Both the position numbers and the translations under genes were made by a program. From an uncultured Bacteroidales bacterium (GTDB taxonomy: Bacteria > Bacteroidota > Bacteroidia > Bacteroidales > UBA10428): a stretch of DNA of 64,000 bases. Positions 48,300 through 57,271 of this stretch are shown one piece after another. The first letter of the stretch is position 1; every line of letters begins with the position of its first letter. The notes beneath the pieces were generated by a model, which saw only the letters and a program-made list of their open reading frames with translations, was not told where the DNA came from and searched no databases. The stretch covers positions 65,565 through 129,564 of the forward strand of contig CAZLLD010000001.1 of the NCBI GenBank assembly GCA_964560225.1, given 5' to 3'.

Positions 48300-50810
48300 T
48301 CAGTCTATATGCTCATCTACAGGGACCTGCATTTCAAAAGACATACCATGCGGGGCATTGTTGAAAAACTTGCTGGTGGCGTTAATGGACCGGCATCTGC
48401 TGAGGATATTTGACATACCCATGCCCATGGATTCATAATTGTTGTGCCAGTTTTTGCCAAAGCCCGTGCCATTGTCAGCGTACTGAAGGTGCAGCGATCG
48501 CAGTATCAGGAAAAGTTTGATATTGATTCTTGTGGCCTGCGCATGTTTAATGGTATTGTTGATTAATTCTTTGATGATGCGATAAATGGTTAATTCCATG
48601 GAACTGGGATAACGCTCGTCTTTGAGGTTCGATTCAAGTGTAATTTCCATATAGGGTTTCAGCTGGTTGATAAACCATTCCAGGGCTGCATTCAGACCGT
48701 AATTGGCAAGCACATGCGGGCTCAGGTCATTTGAAATTTCTTTTGTGTTTTGTATCACCTCTTTAAGGATAATCTTTAGTTGGGAAATGATGAACTCGTG
48801 TTTGGAAGCATCGACGTTTGAAGAAAGGGAATTCACATACATCTTAATACTTGAAAGCAGGGGTCCCAAATCGTCGTGCAGGTTGCGCGCGAATTTATCC
48901 CGCTCCCTTTCTTCGGTTGATATGATGGTATCCAGGATACGGCTTTCGAGGTGTTTTCTTTCGGTAATATCGCGTATTACCGATATTAAAGCCATTTCTC
49001 CTTCAAATTCAATGGGTTTGCTGTTGATTTCAGCAGGAAGATTAGATCTGTTCCTGGTTTTAATTTCGCATTCCAAAGCCGGCTGATGTTCATTTCTGAA
49101 GATTTTTACCAGTTTTTCGACAAGCTGTGGCAGATAGGCATCCGAGATAATCTCGGTGAGTTTCATTTTCCGGGTATCCTCAAGTGTGTATCCTGTGGTA
49201 CTAAGAAAGACTTCATTCACTTCCAGAAACTGGTAATTTTTGCTGATGATGACAATGGCATCACTGCTGTTATTGAAAATATTCCTGAATTTTGTTTCAC
49301 TTATCTTCAAGGCCTTTTCTACGCGCCTGCGTTCGGTGACATCCCTTCCGGTTATGATAATTCCCTGTATGGCCGGATGGTCGAGCATGTTATTTGCAAT
49401 TGCTTCAAGTGAGATCCAGTTATTGTTTTTGTGCTTTACCCTGAATTCAGTAGGTATATAATCGTTTTCCTTCCTGAGCACTTCCCCGAGGTCTTTTGAA
49501 ACCAGTTGCATATCTTCGGCGTGTACGAAATCAAGCCCTCTTTTTCCGATCATGTAGCCCTGAGGATATCCGAGCACCTTGGAACAGGAGGGTGATTCAT
49601 AGGTAATCACTGCATTTTCATCCATAATCCAGATGATGTCAGTAAGGAATTGGATGATGGATCTGAACCTTTCTTCGCTTTCGATAACGAGTTGCTGTGA
49701 CCGCTTTCTTTCAGAAATATCGCGAAGCACGCTCACAATTCTTTTATCTCCGCCGATTTCGGTGTTTTTAAATGATACTTCAGCCCAAAACAACTCGCCG
49801 GTCTTCTTTCTGGCCTGCCATTCAAATTCAACCTGACCTTCCTGAATGGCTTTTTGCATTTGCAGCATGATGTTTAACCGGTCAAAACCCAGATCAGCGT
49901 TGCTGAAATCATCAATTTTTGCATTCAATGCCTCATGGTAGGATACAGCAAAGAGCTTCAGGGCTGCCTGGTTCACATCAATAATCTGGTTGTTGTGGTA
50001 ATCAAAAATGATAATTGCTTCATTGGTGGCATTGAAGATTTCGCGGTAATTTCTTTCGCTTTCAATCAGAATTTTTTCTGATTCCTTGCGTTTAATTGCG
50101 TTGACAAAGATTTCTCCGACCTGATGAAACAAGGATATTTCATCCTTATCCCAGGTATGGGATGGTTTTTCAATACTGAACCCGGTAAAACCCACAATAT
50201 TTCCCTGAAATATGATGGGCACGAAGGTTATCACTCCGGTGCCGCCAAGGTACTTGCTGTGCTGAAGGGAATAGTTTTCAGATGATGTTCTGTAGTCAAC
50301 AATAAAAACATCCTGTTTGTGAATCTTTTCCAGCCACCAATGGATATCTGACAGCGGAGCCCTCTTAAAATACGCTTCATTGTAAAAAATCTGATCATTT
50401 TTCCAGATGTGCCTGAGGCAGTAGGCATTTTCGGAGTACATGATTTCACCAAGGAATGCAGCATCTGCACCGAAAAATTTACTGATATCCTTAAGTGAAT
50501 CAACAATGCAATCGTCAACAGATTCAGGCGACAGATTGAAAAATTTGGTTGAAATACCCGTTATCAAGCGTTCCAAACGGCTTTTATACCGGAGTGATTC
50601 TTCTTTTTTCTTGAGTTCAACCGTACGTATGGAAACGAGTTCTTCAAGCTGAATTTTATAGGTTCTTAATTCTTCATTGGTAATCTTCAGTTCTTCATTG
50701 GCAAGCGTGAGTTTTTCATTCAGTGCTTTGATTTCATCCGTGCCGCTTATTTTAAGTCCCTTGTTCCGGGCTATTATTTGTGGTTTTTTTTTCATGAAAG
50801 ACCTCTGCAA
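48300..50810 (-). CDS. Cytoplasmic multi-PAS/GAF sensor histidine kinase (HisKA_3 type)
   Basis: 836 aa with no TM segment. N-terminal coiled coil, a GAF-like region, and three PAS-like units. HisKA_3 H-box is ERERDKFARNLHDDLGPLL, followed by a C-terminal HATPase_c. The NarL-type regulator lies 20 nt downstream. Confidence 0.9.
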   Translation of the reverse strand: MQRSFMKKKPQIIARNKGLKISGTDEIKALNEKLTLANEELKITNEELRTYKIQLEELVSIRTVELKKKEESLRYKSRLERLITGISTKFFNLSPESVDDCIVDSLKDISKFFGADAAFLGEIMYSENAYCLRHIWKNDQIFYNEAYFKRAPLSDIHWWLEKIHKQDVFIVDYRTSSENYSLQHSKYLGGTGVITFVPIIFQGNIVGFTGFSIEKPSHTWDKDEISLFHQVGEIFVNAIKRKESEKILIESERNYREIFNATNEAIIIFDYHNNQIIDVNQAALKLFAVSYHEALNAKIDDFSNADLGFDRLNIMLQMQKAIQEGQVEFEWQARKKTGELFWAEVSFKNTEIGGDKRIVSVLRDISERKRSQQLVIESEERFRSIIQFLTDIIWIMDENAVITYESPSCSKVLGYPQGYMIGKRGLDFVHAEDMQLVSKDLGEVLRKENDYIPTEFRVKHKNNNWISLEAIANNMLDHPAIQGIIITGRDVTERRRVEKALKISETKFRNIFNNSSDAIVIISKNYQFLEVNEVFLSTTGYTLEDTRKMKLTEIISDAYLPQLVEKLVKIFRNEHQPALECEIKTRNRSNLPAEINSKPIEFEGEMALISVIRDITERKHLESRILDTIISTEERERDKFARNLHDDLGPLLSSIKMYVNSLSSNVDASKHEFIISQLKIILKEVIQNTKEISNDLSPHVLANYGLNAALEWFINQLKPYMEITLESNLKDERYPSSMELTIYRIIKELINNTIKHAQATRINIKLFLILRSLHLQYADNGTGFGKNWHNNYESMGMGMSNILSRCRSINATSKFFNNAPHGMSFEMQVPVDEHID

Positions 50811-50946
50811 TGGATAAGCACTAAAATATGTCTGTACAAAAATAACAGGATAAAGTTACGGTTTATTTCATGCCGATTGAAATTGAAAGTTTTAACATAT
50901 CCGCAATTAATTCACAACTTTGTTGTAATTATTGCTTTCATGTATC

Positions 50947-52077
50947 ATGGCCGGCATATACATTCATATCCCTTTTTGCAAGCGTGTTTGCAGTTACTGT
51001 GACTTTTATAAATCAACGGTTCTTTCATACAGTTCAGATTATCTTAATGCGCTTGAAAAAGAACTTGAGATCAGAAAATCATACCTTGGTGAAGAACCTG
51101 TTGAAACCGTCTATATCGGGGGCGGCACACCCTCATTATTAACCGCCGTTCAATTGGCAGAAATCTTTGAACATATCAATCGCATTTTCACACTGGCAGC
51201 CGATTGTGAAATTACTCTCGAAGCCAATCCGGATGACCTTGAACCTGAGTATATCAGGAGTGTCAAATATTATACTCCGGTAAACCGGCTGAGCATTGGC
51301 ATTCAATCTTTTCACGACGATCATCTGAAGTTTATGAACCGCAGGCACAATGCTTCCCAGGCACTATCGTGCATCCGCAATGCACAATCGCAGGGCTTTC
51401 ATAATCTGAGTATTGACCTGATTTACGGAATTCCGGGCATGAATACGGACCAATGGAAGCGGAACCTTGAGCTGGCCTTTTCGCTTGAAATTCAGCATCT
51501 TTCGGCATACCACCTCACCATTGAAAGAGGAACTGCTTTGTATAAGAAACTTTTGAAAGGAGAATTGAAACCAGTTCAGGAAGAAGAGAGTCTCACACAG
51601 TTTGCCATGTTAAGAAAAATGGCGGCTGCACATACTTTTATTCATTATGAGATTTCCAATCTTGCCAGGGAAGGCTATTTTTCAAGGCACAATTCCAATT
51701 ACTGGAATGAAAGGAAGTATCTGGGAGCTGGTCCTGCAGCCCATTCCTACGATCTGACATCGCGACAATGGAATATTCCCGATTTGAAAAAGTACATTGA
51801 GGCAATCGAAAGAAAAGAACCCTTTTTTGATTCAGAAAAGCTGGATGACCTAACCCGGTTTAACGAGCGGCTGATGGTGACTTTGAGAACAATGAAGGGG
51901 CTGGATTCCGAAAGCATACTGCATGATTTTGGTGAAGAAAGATATAAGGCATTGAAAAAATCTCTCCTTCCGCATATTTCAGGGGGCTTCATGGTCAGAG
52001 AAGGTTCGTATTACCGAATGACAGAGCAGGGGTGGATGGTTTCCGACAGAATCATTGCTGACCTGATGCAAGTATAA
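50947..52077 (+). CDS. hemW: Radical SAM heme chaperone HemW (HemN-like, oxygen-independent coproporphyrinogen oxidase family)
   Basis: The ATG at 50947 gives MAGIYIHIPFCKRVCSYCDF (CxxxCxxC radical SAM motif). GGGTPS is present, along with a HemN C-terminal domain. Confidence 0.9.
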   Translation: MAGIYIHIPFCKRVCSYCDFYKSTVLSYSSDYLNALEKELEIRKSYLGEEPVETVYIGGGTPSLLTAVQLAEIFEHINRIFTLAADCEITLEANPDDLEPEYIRSVKYYTPVNRLSIGIQSFHDDHLKFMNRRHNASQALSCIRNAQSQGFHNLSIDLIYGIPGMNTDQWKRNLELAFSLEIQHLSAYHLTIERGTALYKKLLKGELKPVQEEESLTQFAMLRKMAAAHTFIHYEISNLAREGYFSRHNSNYWNERKYLGAGPAAHSYDLTSRQWNIPDLKKYIEAIERKEPFFDSEKLDDLTRFNERLMVTLRTMKGLDSESILHDFGEERYKALKKSLLPHISGGFMVREGSYYRMTEQGWMVSDRIIADLMQV

Positions 52078-52117
52078 CTCGGCAGTTATCATTTGAAATC
52101 TGGTCGGAAAAAAGAAA

Positions 52118-52157
52118 TAAAAAACTCCGTGTTCAGAATACACGGAGTTTTTTTATT
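52118..52157. terminator. Bidirectional rho-independent terminator between the convergent hemW and 52172 genes
   Basis: AAAACTCCGTG (52121-52131) pairs with CACGGAGTTTT (52141-52151) across a 9-nt loop. It is flanked by an A-run upstream and a T-run downstream, so it reads as hairpin plus U-tract on both strands. Confidence 0.7.
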
Positions 52158-52171
52158 TTCTGAATCAGATG

Positions 52172-53074
52172 CTATTTCAAAGTAAAAGTTGCAGATCCGA
52201 TTTCGTAGTTCTCGGCATAAAGCACTACCGTGTAGGTTCCGGCTATCAGATCGGCATTCTTGTCCCAGAAGATGCACATATCAATGTCTTTTTTATCATA
52301 TTCAAGCTGCCGTTTTGCTGAAAATATCACTTGTTCGCCGTTAAATTCAAAGGTTTCCCCACTTCCTGAAGGCAGAACAACCTCATCGGGCCTGATGATC
52401 CTGAGATAAACATCCTTTGGTCCGGCTTCAGCAACAGCATTTTCCCTTACGGTAAAGCAAACTTTAACCTTAGCCACCTTGTTGATTTTCATATTCTCCC
52501 TGTCAGACTTGTTCATGGGCGTCGCGGATATGTTTTTGGCCGAAAGCACCTTTGCAAGCTGGACCTGTGTATTGAGAATATCCTTTTCCTTTGAAAGCTC
52601 TACATTCCTGGTTTCGGCAGTGGATAACTGATCCCTTACCTGGATGTTTTCAGCTGTAAGCTCCCTGTTGCGGGTATTCAACGAGTCGATCTGAACAATA
52701 TAGGAGCGCATTACCTTGCGCAAAGTTTCCAGCTCGCCCTGGTATTTTCTGATTTTTTCGGCATCGGTAGCATGCATTCTCAGAAGGTTTTTAATTTTAT
52801 CCTGTTCCGTGCTAAGCAAGCTGTTTACACTATCATTGTTGGTTTTCAAAGAGTCGTATTCCACGATCATGTTGCGAAGTTGCTTTTCAAGATCGCTTTT
52901 GACATCTTCAAGAATTGCTTTTTCTTCAGTAGTTTGTCCAAGCTGGGATGACTTGGTGAAATATTTATATCCCAGAAATATTACTGCCAGCGAGAGAATG
53001 ATAACAAGCACCACCAGGGCGGATGAAGGTTTCTTTGCAGGTTGTCTCTGATACGTATTGGTTGTTGGTTCCAT
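52172..53074 (-). CDS. Hypothetical membrane-anchored coiled-coil protein with a beta-rich C-terminal domain
   Basis: 300 aa. One TM helix (ALVVLVIILSLAVIFLGY), about 150 aa of heptad-like sequence rich in K/E/L/N/Q, then about 120 aa of beta-like sequence (KVKVCFTVRENA...GTYTVVLYAENYEIGSATFTLK). No family recognised. Confidence 0.6.
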   Translation of the reverse strand: MEPTTNTYQRQPAKKPSSALVVLVIILSLAVIFLGYKYFTKSSQLGQTTEEKAILEDVKSDLEKQLRNMIVEYDSLKTNNDSVNSLLSTEQDKIKNLLRMHATDAEKIRKYQGELETLRKVMRSYIVQIDSLNTRNRELTAENIQVRDQLSTAETRNVELSKEKDILNTQVQLAKVLSAKNISATPMNKSDRENMKINKVAKVKVCFTVRENAVAEAGPKDVYLRIIRPDEVVLPSGSGETFEFNGEQVIFSAKRQLEYDKKDIDMCIFWDKNADLIAGTYTVVLYAENYEIGSATFTLK

Positions 53075-53186
53075 ATGAATGTAATTGTTATAGTATTAAT
53101 TTTCAGCAAATATAAAACAACTGAATTGAAAAAATATTGTCAAACAGCAATTTTTATTCACCGGAAAATCAAAGAAATGGACCTGC

Positions 53187-54320
53187 CTAAAAAGACTTGT
53201 AATATTTACTGAGATGGTCGATACCTTCCACAACGAGCGAATCAACCTGTTCATAATCAATACCCTTAATTTCACAAAAACTACCAAACGCGCTTACTAT
53301 TTGCACGGGCAATTTCCGTATGATCCCTGATTTTTTAACAAAAATGCAGTGACGGGATTCGTCTGCCAGCAAAGAATTGGAAGGACAGAGTTTCATGAGA
53401 TCCGAACCCAGGTTTATTCCTGCAACAACAGACATTCCGCGAATGTAATCTTTACCAGGAAAATTCACATAAGCAATCAGGCATTGATCAGCAGGATCAA
53501 TTTCACGTGAAACAGAAGATATTTTCAAGTGAATGGGGGTCAGCGAATCAGAAGCTGTATAAACATCAACCGTTTGACCGCTTTTCAACCGATTTGCATA
53601 AGTTTCAGGCACCTTCAGCCTGGCTGTAACGCTGCTCGTCTTGAAAAGTTCGATCAGCAACTCTCCTTTATTTGCAAACATTCCCTGGGTCATCAAAACA
53701 CGCCCTACAGTTCCTGATTCCGGAGTCAGCACAGGAAACACAGGTGATATACCGGTCTTACTCAGGCTGTCTGTGTTGATGCCAAGAATTTCAAGCTGTA
53801 ATTGAAGGGACTTCATTTTCAGCTCAACAGACTGATAATCGCGTTTAGCCAGCTGCATTTTTTTCAATGATGTGGCATTTTCAACAGTAAGTTCGCCCTG
53901 GCGCGTATATTCTTCTTGCATATATTCCAGTTGATTTTTCATTTCCAGGTATTCCTGCTGCAGGTTGATGAAATCACTGTTTTCAACAAAGGCAACTGTT
54001 GATCCCGTATTCAGGTATTGGCCGGGATGGCAGTTTACTGATGCTATACGTCCACTGGCTGGTGCAACCACGATTGACCTTTCACCAGGGGCAGTTACCA
54101 GATTGCCCCGGCATACCACAATTCTTTCATGCTCTTCAGTGATAAATGCACCAAAACGGATTCCTGCTTGCCTGGCTTCACTTTCAGAGAGCCGAACCCC
54201 GATCACCAAACCTGCGGAATCAGTAATGACATTGTCAGGATTCAGCTGATCCTTTTTACCGGTACATGCCAGAAGCAACATAAGCATGTTTGCTATCAGT
54301 ATGTAATTTTTAGTAGGCAT
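53187..54320 (-). CDS. Efflux periplasmic adaptor (membrane fusion protein, CzcB/CusB-like) lipoprotein
   Basis: The ATG at 54320 gives MPTKNYILIANMLMLLLACTGKK (lipobox LLAC); the track start is 54368. The hairpin region ENSDFINLQQEYLEMKNQLEYMQEEYTRQGEL resembles heavy-metal-type RND adaptors and is followed by beta-barrel segments. It overlaps the upstream gene by 11 nt. Confidence 0.8.
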   Translation of the reverse strand: MPTKNYILIANMLMLLLACTGKKDQLNPDNVITDSAGLVIGVRLSESEARQAGIRFGAFITEEHERIVVCRGNLVTAPGERSIVVAPASGRIASVNCHPGQYLNTGSTVAFVENSDFINLQQEYLEMKNQLEYMQEEYTRQGELTVENATSLKKMQLAKRDYQSVELKMKSLQLQLEILGINTDSLSKTGISPVFPVLTPESGTVGRVLMTQGMFANKGELLIELFKTSSVTARLKVPETYANRLKSGQTVDVYTASDSLTPIHLKISSVSREIDPADQCLIAYVNFPGKDYIRGMSVVAGINLGSDLMKLCPSNSLLADESRHCIFVKKSGIIRKLPVQIVSAFGSFCEIKGIDYEQVDSLVVEGIDHLSKYYKSF

Positions 54321-55101
54321 AATATTCAAGTAAGATTGCGGTCTGATTATATTTATTAAGCGTTTCAAGGTAGTTCAACCTGGAGGAAAATACTTCGGAA
54401 AGCCTGTCGGAGAATTCAAGATAGTTGAATTCTTCAGCCTTCAGTTTCACCAGTGATTTGCTCAGAACAGTTGTGGCATGTGGTAATGCGACAGTTTCAA
54501 AGAATTGCAGTTCTATAAAAAGGCCATTCAATTCCAATTGCAGATTTTCAATTTCTTTTTGCAGGGTAAAGGCTGTAGGGTTGCAAACAGTGACATTACC
54601 GGAGAGGTTTGCAGCTGATTCATCGGGCTCTTCAATGGCAGGGTCTTTAACAACCTGATAGGTATTAAGTGAACTGTCAGCAGGGGAGATGGCAACATCT
54701 GCAAGAATCAGCTGTCTGAGCCGGTTCGATGTGATATCGAGGTCATTGGCTGAAATGGATACACGGGTTCTGACCTCAGCAACATTCATGATAATTCTGG
54801 ATTTCTGCTCGTAATCGATTTCCCCTGTTTCGTAATGAAGATTGGCAACCCGCTCCAGATCAAGCAGGTATTGGTGATAGGCCTGCAGTGTTTTCCATTT
54901 TTGAATTTGATAAAGAAGAGTAAGCCAGTATGATTTGACCTGACAGGATAGCTTCTTTATCCCTGAATCAGTAAGAGACAAAGGATTGTTTGCAACAGTA
55001 AGCTCCAGTGCCTCATCAAGAGAAGCAATATGCTTTTGTTCAAATTGTCCCGATGCTGCAGTCAGCGGCAAAAGCAAAGCTATGATCAACAATGCACGCA
55101 T
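54310..55101 (-). CDS. Short TolC/CzcC-like outer-membrane-factor-related protein (about half normal length)
   Basis: 263 aa. Signal peptide MRALLIIALLLPLTAASGQ. OMF-like N-terminus LDEALELTVANNPL and long helical segments (LDLERVANLHYETGEIDYEQ). Full-length OMFs are about 420-480 aa. Confidence 0.55.
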   Translation of the reverse strand: MRALLIIALLLPLTAASGQFEQKHIASLDEALELTVANNPLSLTDSGIKKLSCQVKSYWLTLLYQIQKWKTLQAYHQYLLDLERVANLHYETGEIDYEQKSRIIMNVAEVRTRVSISANDLDITSNRLRQLILADVAISPADSSLNTYQVVKDPAIEEPDESAANLSGNVTVCNPTAFTLQKEIENLQLELNGLFIELQFFETVALPHATTVLSKSLVKLKAEEFNYLEFSDRLSEVFSSRLNYLETLNKYNQTAILLEYYAY

Positions 55102-55118
55102 CTGGCTTTCAGATTGGG

Positions 55119-55796
55119 TTAAGTGATTTTGAAGGGGTTGTAGGTTACCCCGTAATCATACGTATCTACTTTTTCTTTCCTTTTCAGCATATTAACAATA
55201 AGATAGGTTAGTGGTGTGAAAAGGATTTCAATGGAACACTTAAAAATATAATTGGATAAAATAACAGCCCACAGCACATTATTAGGTAAAACGCCATAGA
55301 ATGCCACCATACAGAAAACCATGGTGTCAATTCCTTCACCTATTATGGTTGACATGATGGTGCGCACCCAAAGGAATTTTCCTTTAGTTTTTATTTTGAG
55401 CAGGGACAAGGTTACCGAATTGGAAAACTCGCCCATGAAATAGGCAACCAGGCTGGCCAGAACAATTCGGGGAACAAAGCCAAGCAGATTCTCAAATGCC
55501 TGTTGGTGCGGCCAGTCAGCTGCCGGAGGCAGGCTTTGAACCACAAAAAGAACCAGTGACATGAGCAAAGCACAGAAAAAGCCCAGCCAGATAACCCGGC
55601 GTGAACGCCTGAAACCATATACTTCCGTAAGGATATCGCCAAAGATGTAACTTAGCGGGAACAGCAGGGTTCCTCCGTCAAATGTAAATTTCCAAAATGT
55701 CAGGATTTTAGTTGAAGCAATATTGGATATCAGCAATACAGCAACAAACAAAGCTACCAGGATATCGAAAAAACGGTAAGAAGAGTTATCGTTCAT
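55119..55796 (-). CDS. yhhQ: Queuosine precursor transporter (YhhQ/VUT, DUF165 family)
   Basis: 225 aa, polytopic. PLSYIFGDILTEVYGFRRSRRVIW is the family signature region. Confidence 0.85.
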   Translation of the reverse strand: MNDNSSYRFFDILVALFVAVLLISNIASTKILTFWKFTFDGGTLLFPLSYIFGDILTEVYGFRRSRRVIWLGFFCALLMSLVLFVVQSLPPAADWPHQQAFENLLGFVPRIVLASLVAYFMGEFSNSVTLSLLKIKTKGKFLWVRTIMSTIIGEGIDTMVFCMVAFYGVLPNNVLWAVILSNYIFKCSIEILFTPLTYLIVNMLKRKEKVDTYDYGVTYNPFKIT

Positions 55797-55799
55797 TTA

Positions 55800-57029
55800 C
55801 TATTTTTGAGCATACAAAGATATCTGATTTTCCGAACAGCAGGTATTGAGGAAAGAATTAATGAATTTCGGAACGCATTGTGATGCAAGAGGCGTATTGG
55901 AGTTGAAAAGCACTGCAATGCCAATTTTTGACTGTGGATCAAAGGCAATCTCTGATCGAAAACCTTCGACATATCCTCCGTGGTAAACCACATTGTGTCC
56001 GTTCACCTCAAACACCCTCCATCCAAGACCGTAATAGGTTTTCTGCAGGTCTTTCCAATTTTTCCGGTATGTAGTTTTGCGCGGTGTTTCTACTTCGGGA
56101 TAGGAGATATCCTCAATGGTCTTATCAGGTAATACTTCCGGATAATAACCGGTTAGTGCAAGCAACCATTTGGCCATATCTGATGCACTTGCATTAACTC
56201 CCGATGCAGGAGAAGCAGAATAATACCTGCTGTTCTTTGGTCTGGATTTCCAGCTGGTACCTGCTCTCAGGTGCGGCATGGCCGTGTTCGGGTTATAATA
56301 AAAAGAAGTATAATCTGTAGAAGCGTCACGCATTCTGAGCGGGCTGAATATTTTTTCCTGAAGGAGGTTGTTGTAGTCTTTTCCACTGGCATTGAACAGT
56401 ATATCTGATATGAGGCTGTAAGCGACATTCTGATAGGTATATATCTGACCCGGCTTTGCAATCAGCGGTACATTTGCCAGTGCATCCTTGATGTTGTCAT
56501 ATTCATAGCCATTATCCAGCATGTCGGTGTAGGTATGTTCGGGCAAGCCCGTGGTCTGGCTTAAAATATTCCGGATGGTCAAATGGTTGGTGCAGGAAGT
56601 GTCTTTCATCCGAAAATCGGCGAGATAGTTCTTGACGCAATCATCCCAGTTCACCACGCCTTCTTCAACCATAATACCGGTTAAGACCGATGCAAATCCC
56701 TTGGAAACGGAACCCAAACGGAAAGCGGTATGAAAATCAACCGAATCAGCTGCCCCGAATTGTTTCACACCATAACCTTTAAGCAAAATGATTTCACCTT
56801 TATACACAAGGGCAATAGCGGCACCCGGACTTTTCAGGCTGTCGATTGAATGAGCAAGAAACTGATCATAGGCGTAAACAAGACTGTCAAGTCCCTTTGG
56901 TTTGGGGCTCCTAACGATTGAAGCACTTTTAATTTCATAGGCACCATCAGAAACAGAACCAAGTTCCAATGTGGAAAACCCAAAAACCGAAAGCAGGAAG
57001 AATCCTGTGAATACTTTATACAACCTCAT
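55800..57029 (-). CDS. Serine hydrolase, beta-lactamase/class C-like (PBP4*/esterase family)
   Basis: 409 aa with a signal peptide. SxxK motif is LGSVSKGF, the Y-x-N motif is YQNVAY, and the HGG triad replacement is YHGGYVEG. Confidence 0.85.
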   Translation of the reverse strand: MRLYKVFTGFFLLSVFGFSTLELGSVSDGAYEIKSASIVRSPKPKGLDSLVYAYDQFLAHSIDSLKSPGAAIALVYKGEIILLKGYGVKQFGAADSVDFHTAFRLGSVSKGFASVLTGIMVEEGVVNWDDCVKNYLADFRMKDTSCTNHLTIRNILSQTTGLPEHTYTDMLDNGYEYDNIKDALANVPLIAKPGQIYTYQNVAYSLISDILFNASGKDYNNLLQEKIFSPLRMRDASTDYTSFYYNPNTAMPHLRAGTSWKSRPKNSRYYSASPASGVNASASDMAKWLLALTGYYPEVLPDKTIEDISYPEVETPRKTTYRKNWKDLQKTYYGLGWRVFEVNGHNVVYHGGYVEGFRSEIAFDPQSKIGIAVLFNSNTPLASQCVPKFINSFLNTCCSENQISLYAQK

Positions 57030-57271
57030 AAATCGCTGACAAATGTTAAACTTTACTTGCTATACAATGCGTTTGTATCAAAAATAGAACTTTTGGCTTA
57101 TTTACGAATCACATATAAAAAAAGTTATGCACATGTTCCGCATGAATTTTAAAAAACGTGTAAACACAGGCATTCTTGTATGTAAATATTTTAATTTTTT
57201 GTTAATTTACATAGAATATGGATGGATGTAACTTAAAAATAATAACTTGGTTAACATATTTTTAGAACATC

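Noticed and set aside
53096-53287. 63-aa minus-strand ORF overlapping the 3' end of the adaptor gene
   Set aside because: It overlaps a supported gene in another frame, has a hydrophobic low-complexity translation, and has no independent signals.
57180-57212. 8-bp inverted repeat ATGTAAAT-N17-ATTTACAT upstream of the AKR gene
   Set aside because: It is pure AT sequence in an AT-rich promoter region. Arms of this length and composition are expected by chance.
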